Assembly: GCA_964445745.1 (NCBI GenBank)
Contig: CAYULU010000004.1
Coordinates: forward strand, 3,445-66,162
Direction: 5' to 3'
DNA: 62,718 nt
Origin: an uncultured bacterium
Lineage (GTDB): Bacteria > Omnitrophota > Omnitrophia > Omnitrophales > Aquincolibacteriaceae
This document shows, in pieces, positions 18,462 to 26,399 of this stretch. A program made the position numbers and the translations under genes. A model generated the notes under the pieces. It saw nothing but the letters and a program-made list of their open reading frames with translations. It was not told where the DNA came from and did not search any database. Numbering within the stretch: position 1 is the first letter of the stretch; every line of letters starts with the position of its first letter.

Positions 18462-18648
18462 AGGGATTCTCCTGGGTTCTGGCACTCTGAACGGCATAAC
18501 TTTCTGTCGCGCCCTGAATCGGGGCTTGAGTCGTAGCTAATACTGTTCCGATCGGTCGCCCCACTGGAGAGACGGTGTCGTGAGCCGTTTTCCCGGCACA
18601 TCCTGTCAAAAAAATAGCAAAAGAAATGCTCAGGATGATACGCATCAT
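18451..18648 (-). CDS. Small lipoprotein (65 aa)
   Basis: Lipobox FLTG-C after a hydrophobic leader; ATGA overlap with the CsgG-family stop. Confidence 0.7.
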   Translation of the reverse strand: MMRIILSISFAIFLTGCAGKTAHDTVSPVGRPIGTVLATTQAPIQGATESYAVQSARTQENPYGR

Positions 18649-19556
18649 TGCAGTCCCTCCACAAAATCTCCGGCCTGCGCCGGGCCACTTAGAGTACCCA
18701 CTTTGGCCTTGCTGTATTTATCAAGCACCGATTCAACAATAATAGTTCCCAGAACAGTTGCTTCCTGACCGAGCTCCATTCCTGAATCCGGGTCGATAAT
18801 GCTTTCACCGGGCCTGGCAAGCCGCAATACTTGCCCCATGGCCATGCCGCTTTGCAACCCGGCATTAATCAAAATCATACCGCTTTCATCGACTTTAATA
18901 ACTTTGCCTTTCCAAGGAACCGCTGCCATCTGTTCGGCGATATACTGGACAGCGCGGTCAATTGCCATTTGAGTTGCTTTACCCATGGGCGTTTTTTGGA
19001 AACCATCCTGACCGAATCCAACCCCGGCAACGTTCGCGGAAAAAGCAACGCCCCCCGAAGAAGCGTCTCCCTCAACCCGTTGCGAGTGAAGGACCTGAGA
19101 AGTTGTGGTATCAATCAAGCGAAGGATTATCGCAACATGAGCCGTCGCCGATTTATTACGAAGGCTAACCCCATAAAGATTGAGCCCTTGCCCGCCGCTA
19201 GATTTAGTCTCTTCGAACTCAGTAATAGCCCCCTGAACGATAATCTGGGCTTTTTTAATATTCCCGAATTGAGCGCCGGATCCGTCCTTTGAAGCGCGCG
19301 CACTCGACGCAAGATTTTGCTCGGCAAGGACCGCATTTAACGCCTGCCTCTCCAGCACAATGAACTGCCCGCTCTGAATTAAGGAATCGGTCAGCATGTC
19401 TGCCATACCTGTACCAATCCTCCATGCCCCAGCCGCATTGGTTTTATTTTCAAAATCTGCCACAGCGATAGTTTTCTTCAATATGGCGGCATGAATCACC
19501 CCGCTACCCCAAACTAAAAAAAAGAGGAAACCTGAAAAATAAATTAGTTTTCGCAT
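18645..19556 (-). CDS. CsgG/HfaB family protein with C-terminal FlgT-C-like beta domain
   Basis: TIAVADFENKT, GMADML.D.L.QSGQF.VLER..L..VL.EQNL, AQIIVQGAITEFE, VAIILRLIDT.T; C-terminal WKGKVIKV..LINAG..IIDPDSG.ELG. Confidence 0.85.
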   Translation of the reverse strand: MRKLIYFSGFLFFLVWGSGVIHAAILKKTIAVADFENKTNAAGAWRIGTGMADMLTDSLIQSGQFIVLERQALNAVLAEQNLASSARASKDGSGAQFGNIKKAQIIVQGAITEFEETKSSGGQGLNLYGVSLRNKSATAHVAIILRLIDTTTSQVLHSQRVEGDASSGGVAFSANVAGVGFGQDGFQKTPMGKATQMAIDRAVQYIAEQMAAVPWKGKVIKVDESGMILINAGLQSGMAMGQVLRLARPGESIIDPDSGMELGQEATVLGTIIVESVLDKYSKAKVGTLSGPAQAGDFVEGLQ

Positions 19557-19620
19557 TAATCAATCTCCTTCTCCGTATTGTTGTTGCGTATTATAGCCCA
19601 AAAACAAAAAAATCATATGC

Positions 19621-19660
19621 TTGGTTTCTCCTTGGTTTCTCCGGATTTTCTCCGGATTTT
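19621..19660. repeat. 11-bp-periodic tandem repeats upstream of the CsgG-family operon
   Basis: TTGGTTTCTCC TTGGTTTCTCC GGATTTTCTCC GGATTTT. Confidence 0.6.
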
Positions 19661-19802
19661 AGATCAGGAAACAATATCCCTAACGTTATTCATTTTCGAA
19701 GCTGGCGTTGGCGGCGGTGACTTTCTTTTCAGGCGAACTTGTGTCATTTTCCCCTCAATCTGAAACGGAGGTGGAGCGCGACATGAAAAGTGAGACCATC
19801 GG

Positions 19803-19917
19803 AATTCCGGGGACACATTACTTAATTGGGGGAGGGATAGTATCCTGCTTTTGGAAAAAACCTGCTCTGACGAAACACAGCGGCGGGAGATCAGTTAAGT
19901 GACGTGTCCCCGGAATT
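19803..19917. repeat. Palindromic REPIN/MITE-like element, family A copy 3
   Basis: AATTCCGGGGACACATTACTTAATT (19803-19827) ... AGTTAAGTGACGTGTCCCCGGAATT (19893-19917); interior homologous to copy 1. Confidence 0.9.
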
Positions 19918-19994
19918 TTATAGAAATGGATAAAAGATTGGAGATGACACTCGTCATGTTTGTAAGCAATGCTCCTGTTCGAATCCCCTATTAA

Positions 19995-20032
19995 CACAAA
20001 ACCCCAAGATCAAAAGACCTTGGGGTTTTGTG
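19995..20032 (-). terminator. 14-bp hairpin following the duplicated tRNA-Lys 3' end
   Basis: CACAAAACCCCAAG / CTTGGGGTTTTGTG with a 10-nt loop. Confidence 0.65.
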
Positions 20033-20042
20033 AGCCCGGATG
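20027..20042 (-). mobile_element. att-like direct repeat of the tRNA-Lys 3' end
   Basis: TTTGTGAGCCCGGATG is identical to 21381-21396. A second degenerate copy lies at 20092-20117. Confidence 0.8.
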
Positions 20043-20128
20043 CCCTTGCGCTCAATGCGCAAGGACTCCTTTGCCAGGAGCCTGATGCTCCTTGTGCGGG
20101 AGATGGATTCGAACCATTTATCTCCACT

Positions 20129-21049
20129 CTAGGAGGCCAAAAGATCGTACCCAGCCATAATGCCATCACAAATAAAACTCTCGAGATGACTATAGTCATT
20201 TTGCAGCTGCGATTGGTTCAGGTAGAGAATATAAAATCGGCGTTTTTCCTGTGAGATAATGGCCGGAGCAAAATCCTCTTTAAGCAACATGCCCACAAGG
20301 ATAAGCCTGCCGATCCGTCCATTCCCGTCCGAAAAGGGGTGGATCTGCTCAAAACGGCTATGAATCTGCGCCGCAAAACCGATGATATCCTTTTCATCAC
20401 GACGAATATCTTTCAAAAGACTTTTCATCAAGACCGGCACTTTCAGATAGTTTGCGGTCACCACATTCGATCCAGCGATCCTGACAGCATGTCGTCGATA
20501 ATTCCCGGCATCCTCCCGAATCCCGTTCATAAGGATTCCGTGTAGCTTAAGGATCATTTCTTCACTTATCGTTCCCCCATCCGTCAGAGATCGGGTTAAG
20601 TATCGAAAAGCAGCTTGGTGGTTCTTAACCTCCATCTGTTCAATGATGGATTTATCCGGCAACGCGGTGTTTTGAAAAAGGATTGCCGCAGTCTCCGGTT
20701 CCGTGAGAGTGCTTCCCTCGATCCGGTTTGTGTTATAGGTTAAAGCCAGTAGGAATTGGTCATAAAGGTCTTTCCGTGCTTCTAAGATCCGAAGAATGTC
20801 CGAATACTGCTTCCTCCTATCCATCAACACCTGCTTCTTAGCCGCAAGAAAGCTATCGGGGATAATATTTTGACCGGTCAACTGGAGATAAAGCCCGTCG
20901 ATTCGCTTCGCGGCCTGTTGTCTCGGAATCGAACGACCGTTGATCCAGCTATTCAGCGTCGGGAATGACACCCCAAGATCTGCAGCAAGCACCTCCTGCG
21001 TCTTCTTGGATATCTTCTGTATGAGCTGTAGCTTTTCCTTTATATTCAT
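20129..21049 (-). CDS. XRE-HTH-Fic fusion protein (class II Fic)
   Basis: N-terminal HTH TQEVLAADLGVSFPTLNSWING, inhibitory motif TNRIEG, catalytic HPFSDGNGRIGR. Start set at ATG 21049. Confidence 0.92.
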   Translation of the reverse strand: MNIKEKLQLIQKISKKTQEVLAADLGVSFPTLNSWINGRSIPRQQAAKRIDGLYLQLTGQNIIPDSFLAAKKQVLMDRRKQYSDILRILEARKDLYDQFLLALTYNTNRIEGSTLTEPETAAILFQNTALPDKSIIEQMEVKNHQAAFRYLTRSLTDGGTISEEMILKLHGILMNGIREDAGNYRRHAVRIAGSNVVTANYLKVPVLMKSLLKDIRRDEKDIIGFAAQIHSRFEQIHPFSDGNGRIGRLILVGMLLKEDFAPAIISQEKRRFYILYLNQSQLQNDYSHLESFICDGIMAGYDLLAS

Positions 21050-21055
21050 GTTTGA

Positions 21056-21106
21056 AACATACATAACTTTATAAAGTTTGTCAAGTTTTCTTATCTTTAT
21101 AAAGTT
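21056..21106 (-). promoter_or_regulatory. Leaderless-type promoter with two palindromic operators for HTH-Fic
   Basis: TTGACA (21079-21084), 17 nt spacer, TATGTT (21056-21061), 6 nt, ATG. Palindrome AACTTTATAAAGTT at 21065-21078 and a one-mismatch copy at 21093-21106. Confidence 0.7.
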
Positions 21107-21305
21107 GGTCTAAGCCCTGAAACTAGAGATAGATTGCCCAACTTGCGCTGGTTATGGGGACTATTCCAGTTTCAGCAAGGTTATCTTGATGACAACTTCT
21201 GCGATATGTGCGGGATCAGCTGAAACTGGCCGGGTGAAACTAAAGGCCGTTTTGGAGATAAGAGGCGGATTTGAGCTGGAAATTGGGCGGATCGAAGGGG
21301 TCAGA

Positions 21306-21344
21306 AAATGAAAATCCCCCGACACCGTCGAGGGATTTTCATTT
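21306..21344. terminator. Hairpin terminator downstream of tRNA-Lys
   Basis: AAATGAAAATCCC ... GGGATTTTCATTT, 13-bp stem. Confidence 0.65.
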
Positions 21345-21384
21345 GTCGCAAGTCATTATATCTAAACGACTTACATGTTGTTTG

Positions 21385-21458
21385 TGAGCCCGGATGGATT
21401 TGAACCATCGACACCGTCCTTAAAAGGGACGTGCTCTACCAGGCTGAGCTACGGGCCC
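21385..21458 (-). tRNA. tRNA-Lys (anticodon TTT)
   Basis: Reverse complement GGGCCCGTAGCTCAGCCTGGTAGAGCACGTCC-CTTTTAA-GGACGGTGTCGATGGTTCAAATCCATCCGGGCTCA. Confidence 0.96.
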
Positions 21459-21660
21459 ACGAACTTTTCAGATACAACTTAGAATTTATCAAAAAAAAAC
21501 AACGCGCCATTGCTGAGCTACCCCCACAATCATCAAACTCTTCCATTGTTGATTGTGGGGTCCGTCCGACTTTTGAATTTTGCCAACCGGCAAAATTCTG
21601 GGCGGAGGGCCCACGTACTTACAAAATAAAAATCCAACTTCTCAAGCAACGGATAACGCA

Positions 21661-22233
21661 CTATATCGCGTTCAGTTCCGTTTCCTTCTGCTTCAAAGCT
21701 TCATCGATTTGCGCAATGATCTGATCCGTCACTTTCTGGATATCTTTCTGGCCGGAAAACGAGGCGTCTTCAGGGATCGTCTTGGCCTTTTCGAGCTTCT
21801 TGATCTGTTCAATCGCCTCATGGCGGGAGGTCCGGATCGATACGCGGCCTTCTTCAGCAACTTTTCTGACCACGCGGGTCAACTCAACCCGGCGTTCATC
21901 CGTCAGCGGCGGAATCTGGATCCGTACGACTTTGCCGTCATTCATCGGCGTCAGACCAAGATCCGACTTGAGAATCGATTTCTCGATTTCCGGAAGTGCC
22001 GTTGCGTCCCACGGAGTGATCTGGATCGTCTTGGCGTCAGGCGTGGTGATGGTGCCGATGTTCTTGAGCGGTGTAGGCGTATTGTAGTAATTGACGCTAA
22101 TCCCCTCCACCAGAGCGATCGAGGCGCGTCCCGTCCGGATATTCTGGAATTCCTTTTTGGTCGCCTCAACACCTTTGGACATTTTTCTCTTCATTTCATC
22201 GAACACCGTTTTCACTTGCGCAAAATCCGCCAT
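21661..22233 (-). CDS. frr: Ribosome recycling factor
   Basis: IRTGRAS, PLTDERRVEL, AEEGRVSIRTSR; follows pyrH. Confidence 0.97.
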   Translation of the reverse strand: MADFAQVKTVFDEMKRKMSKGVEATKKEFQNIRTGRASIALVEGISVNYYNTPTPLKNIGTITTPDAKTIQITPWDATALPEIEKSILKSDLGLTPMNDGKVVRIQIPPLTDERRVELTRVVRKVAEEGRVSIRTSRHEAIEQIKKLEKAKTIPEDASFSGQKDIQKVTDQIIAQIDEALKQKETELNAI

Positions 22234-22326
22234 AAACTACCTCCTTGAATACATATTTTTATGACCCTCGGCCAGTTTGCATCGCAAACCAGTCCACGAG
22301 GGTTCGACCGACCCAAGTCGATCAAA

Positions 22327-23040
22327 TCAACTTACAATCGTCCCGATCTTCTCCCCCGTCACAACCTTACGGATATTACCCACTTTCGTCATATTAAAAA
22401 CAACGATCGGAAGCTTGTTTTCCATACAAAGCGACGTCGCCGTCGTATCCATCACCCGGAGCTGTTGCTTAATGACGTCAAGATAAGTGAGGGCTGAATA
22501 TTTTTTTGCGTCCTTGCACCGTTTTGGATCCTTATCGTAGACCCCGTCCACTTTTGTCGCTTTCAAGATGACATTCGCATTCATTTCTATGGCGCGAAGT
22601 GCCGCCGCCGTGTCGGTCGTAAAAAAAGGATTCCCGGTACCCGCCACAAAAATAACCACCCGTCCCTTTTCCAGATGCCTCAAGGCCCGCCGGCGAATAT
22701 AAGGTTCGCAAAGCGCGCGGATTTCGATCGCTGATTGCACCCGAGTCTTGACCCCGATTTTTTCAAGGGCGTTCGAAAGCACAAGACCGTTCATGACCGT
22801 CGCGAGCATCCCGATATGATCACCCGTGGCACGGTCAATACCATTCCGTTCACCTTCCGCACCCCGAAAATAATTTCCACCGCCGATAACAAGCATGACG
22901 TCCACGCCGATATCGTGGACTTCCTTGATCTGCCGGGCGATGGACTTTACGACCTCGGGATCAATGCCAAACTCCTGAGCGCCCTCAAGCGCCTCCCCGG
23001 ACAATTTTAGTACAATGCGTTTATAGACGGCTTTTTTCAT
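22327..23040 (-). CDS. pyrH: Uridylate kinase
   Basis: [52 protein letters not shown]. Confidence 0.98.
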   Translation of the reverse strand: MKKAVYKRIVLKLSGEALEGAQEFGIDPEVVKSIARQIKEVHDIGVDVMLVIGGGNYFRGAEGERNGIDRATGDHIGMLATVMNGLVLSNALEKIGVKTRVQSAIEIRALCEPYIRRRALRHLEKGRVVIFVAGTGNPFFTTDTAAALRAIEMNANVILKATKVDGVYDKDPKRCKDAKKYSALTYLDVIKQQLRVMDTTATSLCMENKLPIVVFNMTKVGNIRKVVTGEKIGTIVS

Positions 23041-23116
23041 TACTTTGGCAGGAAACGTTCTTCGGGAAATGCTTCATACTTTCACTCCCCTTCATTCGCT
23101 TCCCGTTCCCCTCAGG

Positions 23117-23728
23117 TTAATTGCCACCCACTTCAAAGCGAACAAATCGCCTCACGAGAATGTTCTCGCCAATTTTAGCAATCATCGCGGTCAAAACATC
23201 CTGGACGGTCTTCGAATCATCCTTGATAAACTTCTGGTTCAAGAGACAGATTTCTTCGTAACGCTTCGCCAGTTTCCCTTCAATGATTTTCGCCTGAACC
23301 GGTGCCGGTTTGTCCTTGACCTGGTCCAGAAAAATCGCTTTTTCCCGTTCCATGATTTCGGAGGGGATATTTTCCGGCGACACAAACAACGGATGGGCCG
23401 CAGCGATCTGCATCGCAAGATCACGGCAAAAGGACTGGAAATTCTCGTTTTTCGCGACAAAATCCGTCTCGCAGTTCACTTCGAGAATCACCCCCAGCTT
23501 CCCCCCCGAATGAATATAGGAAATAATCTGGCCTTCCTTGGCTTCACGCGTGGATTTCTTTTTCGCGATATCAAGACCCTTCTTGCGAATAATGTCCTGC
23601 GCGGTCTTGAGATCCCCCTTCGCCTCGGAAAGCGCGGCCTTGCAATCCATCATACCAGCCCCTGTCAGCTCGCGAAGTTTGGTCAGGTCAGCAGAATTTA
23701 CTTTCATTTCTTTCGTGGTCATGGTCAT
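23117..23728 (-). CDS. tsf: Translation elongation factor Ts (short form)
   Basis: LRELTGAGMMDCKAAL, EVNCETDFVA, LAMQIAA, IGENILVRRFVR. The true start is one of ATG 23728, 23722 or 23707. Confidence 0.96.
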   Translation of the reverse strand: MTMTTKEMKVNSADLTKLRELTGAGMMDCKAALSEAKGDLKTAQDIIRKKGLDIAKKKSTREAKEGQIISYIHSGGKLGVILEVNCETDFVAKNENFQSFCRDLAMQIAAAHPLFVSPENIPSEIMEREKAIFLDQVKDKPAPVQAKIIEGKLAKRYEEICLLNQKFIKDDSKTVQDVLTAMIAKIGENILVRRFVRFEVGGN

Positions 23729-23741
23729 CAGTCCCCTGGTC

Positions 23742-24602
23742 TTATTTAACAATGTCTTTTTTGGGAGAAATTTTCTTTGCCTTCGGCTTTTCAACTTCAG
23801 GCGCGACTTCGGCGACAATCTTCTCTTCAAGAGTTTCGTCGATTTCAATCGCGTCGGCCGACACGGCATCGTCCGCGGCCTGGGCCTCAGCTTCCTCTTT
23901 TTCCCGGGCATTCTTTTCGAAATCCAATCGCCCTTCGCGGACCGCATTCGCCGCCGACTCGCAAAACAGCTTAATCGCCTTGATGGCATCGTCGTTCCCC
24001 GGAAGAGGGAAATCAATTCCATCCGGATTTCCGTTCGTATCAAGCACCGCCACAATCGGGATGCCAAGCTTGCGGGCCTCCGCAATCGAGATTTTTTCGA
24101 GCTCAGCGTCAATAACAAACACCGCGGAAGGGAGCTTCTTCATCGCACGAATTCCCGAAAGGTTTTTTGCGAGTTTTTCCCGCTCCTTGCGAAGGGTCAA
24201 GCCTTCCTTTTTAGTAATAAACTGAAAACTTCCGTCCTGTTCCATCTTGTCGATCTCGTCGAGTTTTTTGATCGACTTACGGATCGTCTCGAAGTTCGTC
24301 AACATACCGCCCAGCCAGCGCTGATTGACAAAAGGCATACCACAACTTTCCGCCGCGGCACGGATAGGCTCCTGGGCCTGTTTTTTGGTTCCGACAAAAA
24401 GGACGCTCTTCCCGTCCGTCGCAATCTGTTTGATGAACTGGAGGGCTTTTTCGAGACAGGCCAACGTGATCTCGAGGTTGATAATATAAATACCGTTCCG
24501 CTCCCCGAAGATATATTTCTTCATCTTGGGATTCCAGCGTTGGGTTTGGTGACCGAAGTGAACGCCTGATTCGAGTAATTGCTTGATGGTAATCTGTGAC
24601 AA
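23742..24602 (-). CDS. rpsB: 30S ribosomal protein S2
   Basis: [47 protein letters not shown] start with GGAGG upstream. Confidence 0.99.
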   Translation of the reverse strand: MSQITIKQLLESGVHFGHQTQRWNPKMKKYIFGERNGIYIINLEITLACLEKALQFIKQIATDGKSVLFVGTKKQAQEPIRAAAESCGMPFVNQRWLGGMLTNFETIRKSIKKLDEIDKMEQDGSFQFITKKEGLTLRKEREKLAKNLSGIRAMKKLPSAVFVIDAELEKISIAEARKLGIPIVAVLDTNGNPDGIDFPLPGNDDAIKAIKLFCESAANAVREGRLDFEKNAREKEEAEAQAADDAVSADAIEIDETLEEKIVAEVAPEVEKPKAKKISPKKDIVK

Positions 24603-24847
24603 GGTTGCTACCCTCCGTTATGGTTGTTGACCTTCCGGTTTGGCAACCGGAAAAGTCGTCTTGAACACAATGCCAACTCTGACATTAAATCCCCGTCTGA
24701 CTCAGGACCCAGCCTCATGGTGCAAGGCTTTGCTCAAGCCGAGAAGACAAACATCGACTTGTTCATCCTCTCAGGTTATTTGTGACGGCTACAGCATAAG
24801 GGGCTTGTAAATGCGATAACTGCCGATGGCCTTTGAAGTTGCGCGGT

Positions 24848-24875
24848 ATTATAACAAAAAGGATTTAGGGGACAA
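24848..24875 (-). promoter_or_regulatory. Promoter of the rpsB-tsf-pyrH-frr operon (~240-nt leader)
   Basis: Extended -10 TGT-TATAAT (24848-24853), TTGTCC 16 nt upstream, GC-rich discriminator ACCGCGC. Confidence 0.65.
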
Positions 24876-25001
24876 GGCTTTTTTAGGCTTTTTTGGGGGG
24901 TTGTAATCCCAAAATGATAATGTCCTATTCGCCCTCCCCCAAAAAGTATGCCCGTTTTTCGAAGGGGTGTGACAAGCGTCCATGATCTTTACCGCAAAAT
25001 C

Positions 25002-26399
25002 TTATCCCTGAGACTGGGTCAAATGCTCAGGCGAAAGAACTTTGCGGAGATCCTTTTCGCTCATAAGTCCTTTTTCTAGAACAACTTGGCGCAAGGTCTT
25101 ACCCGTTCGAGATGCTTCCTTCACACACTCTGCCGCCCGGGAATATCCAATGTAGGGATTGAGTGCGGCCGCAATACCAAAACTATTTTCGGCGTAATAC
25201 CGGCATTTTTCCCGGTTGGCCTTAATGCCATCCACACATTTTGTCCCCAAAACCGTCAGGCAATTTTTCAGAATTTCAAACGACTGCATCAGATTGTGAA
25301 TGATCACCGGTCGCATGACATTCAATTCACATTCTCCGCTCGCGGCGGCAAAAGCAATCGAAACATCGTTCCCGATCACCTGATATCCGACCTGGGCCGC
25401 CACTTCCGGCATCACGGGATTCACCTTACCCGGCATAATCGATGAACCCGGCTGAAGCGCAGGAAGAAAAATTTCTCCAAACCCCGTATTCGGACCGGAA
25501 CTCAACAGCCGGAGATCATTCGCGATCTGGATAAGCGACAAGGCATAATCACGAAGCGCACCGGAGACCGCCGCAAAATCCGCATCGTTTTGCATCACAC
25601 TAAAAAGATTAGGCGAACTTTTTAATCTGAACCCGGTGATCTTCCGAAGGTTCGCAATAACCCTGGCACGATAGCGAAGCGACGTATTCAGTCCGGTTCC
25701 CACCGCAGAGCCGCCGATCCCGAGTTCAAGCAGGCCGGCCGTCATCAGGACCACCCGCCCCCGGGCCTTTTGAAGCTGATGCGCCCAGCCGCTAAACACC
25801 TGCCCAAGAGTCACGGGTGCCGCATCCTGCAAATGAGTTCTCCCCGCCTTTACCACCCCTCGAAATTCTCCGGCCTTTTTCAGAAGGGACTTTTCTAGGG
25901 CCGCCGATGCCTGCCAAAATTCCGCAGAAATCCTGAGCACGGAAAGCCGGAGCGCCGTGGGGATCACATCGTTCGTGGACTGTCCCATGTTCACGTGGTC
26001 ATGAGAATGAAGAAACCCGTGATCGCCTTTTTTCTTTCCGAGAATTTCAAGCGCACGATTGGCAATGACTTCATTCATATTCATATGCGCGGAAACCCCT
26101 GCCCCGGACTGAAGGGCATCGGTCACAAATTCTTGTTTAAATTTCCCCGAGATGACCTCGTCGCAGGCCCGGACAATCGCCTTTCCCTTCCGCGAGTCAA
26201 GCCGCTTGAGAGCCATGTTGGCCTGGGCACATGCCTTTTTGACCGTCGCAAGGGCCCAGATAAAATCGCCGTGGAACCGCTCCCCTGAAATCGGAAAGTT
26301 CTCAACCGCACGGGCAGTTTCGACACCGTAATAAGCCGCCGCAGGGATCGCCTTGCTCCCCAACGAGTCTTTTTCCCAACGCATTTTCATCTTTTTCAT
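25002..26399 (-). CDS. aspA: Aspartate ammonia-lyase (fumarase class II/aspartase superfamily)
   Basis: GSSIMPGKVNP, GRTHLQDA; QSGAG and HVNMGQSTND look more AspA-like than FumC-like. Start 26399 has an ATGA overlap with the upstream gene. Confidence 0.75.
   Translation of the reverse strand: MKKMKMRWEKDSLGSKAIPAAAYYGVETARAVENFPISGERFHGDFIWALATVKKACAQANMALKRLDSRKGKAIVRACDEVISGKFKQEFVTDALQSGAGVSAHMNMNEVIANRALEILGKKKGDHGFLHSHDHVNMGQSTNDVIPTALRLSVLRISAEFWQASAALEKSLLKKAGEFRGVVKAGRTHLQDAAPVTLGQVFSGWAHQLQKARGRVVLMTAGLLELGIGGSAVGTGLNTSLRYRARVIANLRKITGFRLKSSPNLFSVMQNDADFAAVSGALRDYALSLIQIANDLRLLSSGPNTGFGEIFLPALQPGSSIMPGKVNPVMPEVAAQVGYQVIGNDVSIAFAAASGECELNVMRPVIIHNLMQSFEILKNCLTVLGTKCVDGIKANREKCRYYAENSFGIAAALNPYIGYSRAAECVKEASRTGKTLRQVVLEKGLMSEKDLRKVLSPEHLTQSQG

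Noticed and set aside
15874-19917. Classical integron (attC) cassette array
   Set aside because: No RYYYAAC/GTTRRRY cores, several genes per interval, and no intI in the window.
21107-21305. Integrase or recombinase remnant inside the Fic island
   Set aside because: The frames I translated gave no recognisable motif, so it cannot be supported without a translated search.
21505-21530. tRNA-like 5' start GGGGGTAGCTCAGC on the minus strand
   Set aside because: No anticodon arm or T-arm follows; it is part of a hairpin arm.
23729-24118. Long N-terminal extension of the 333-aa tsf ORF
   Set aside because: It is an alternate-frame overlap with rpsB; EF-Ts homology starts only near 23707-23728.
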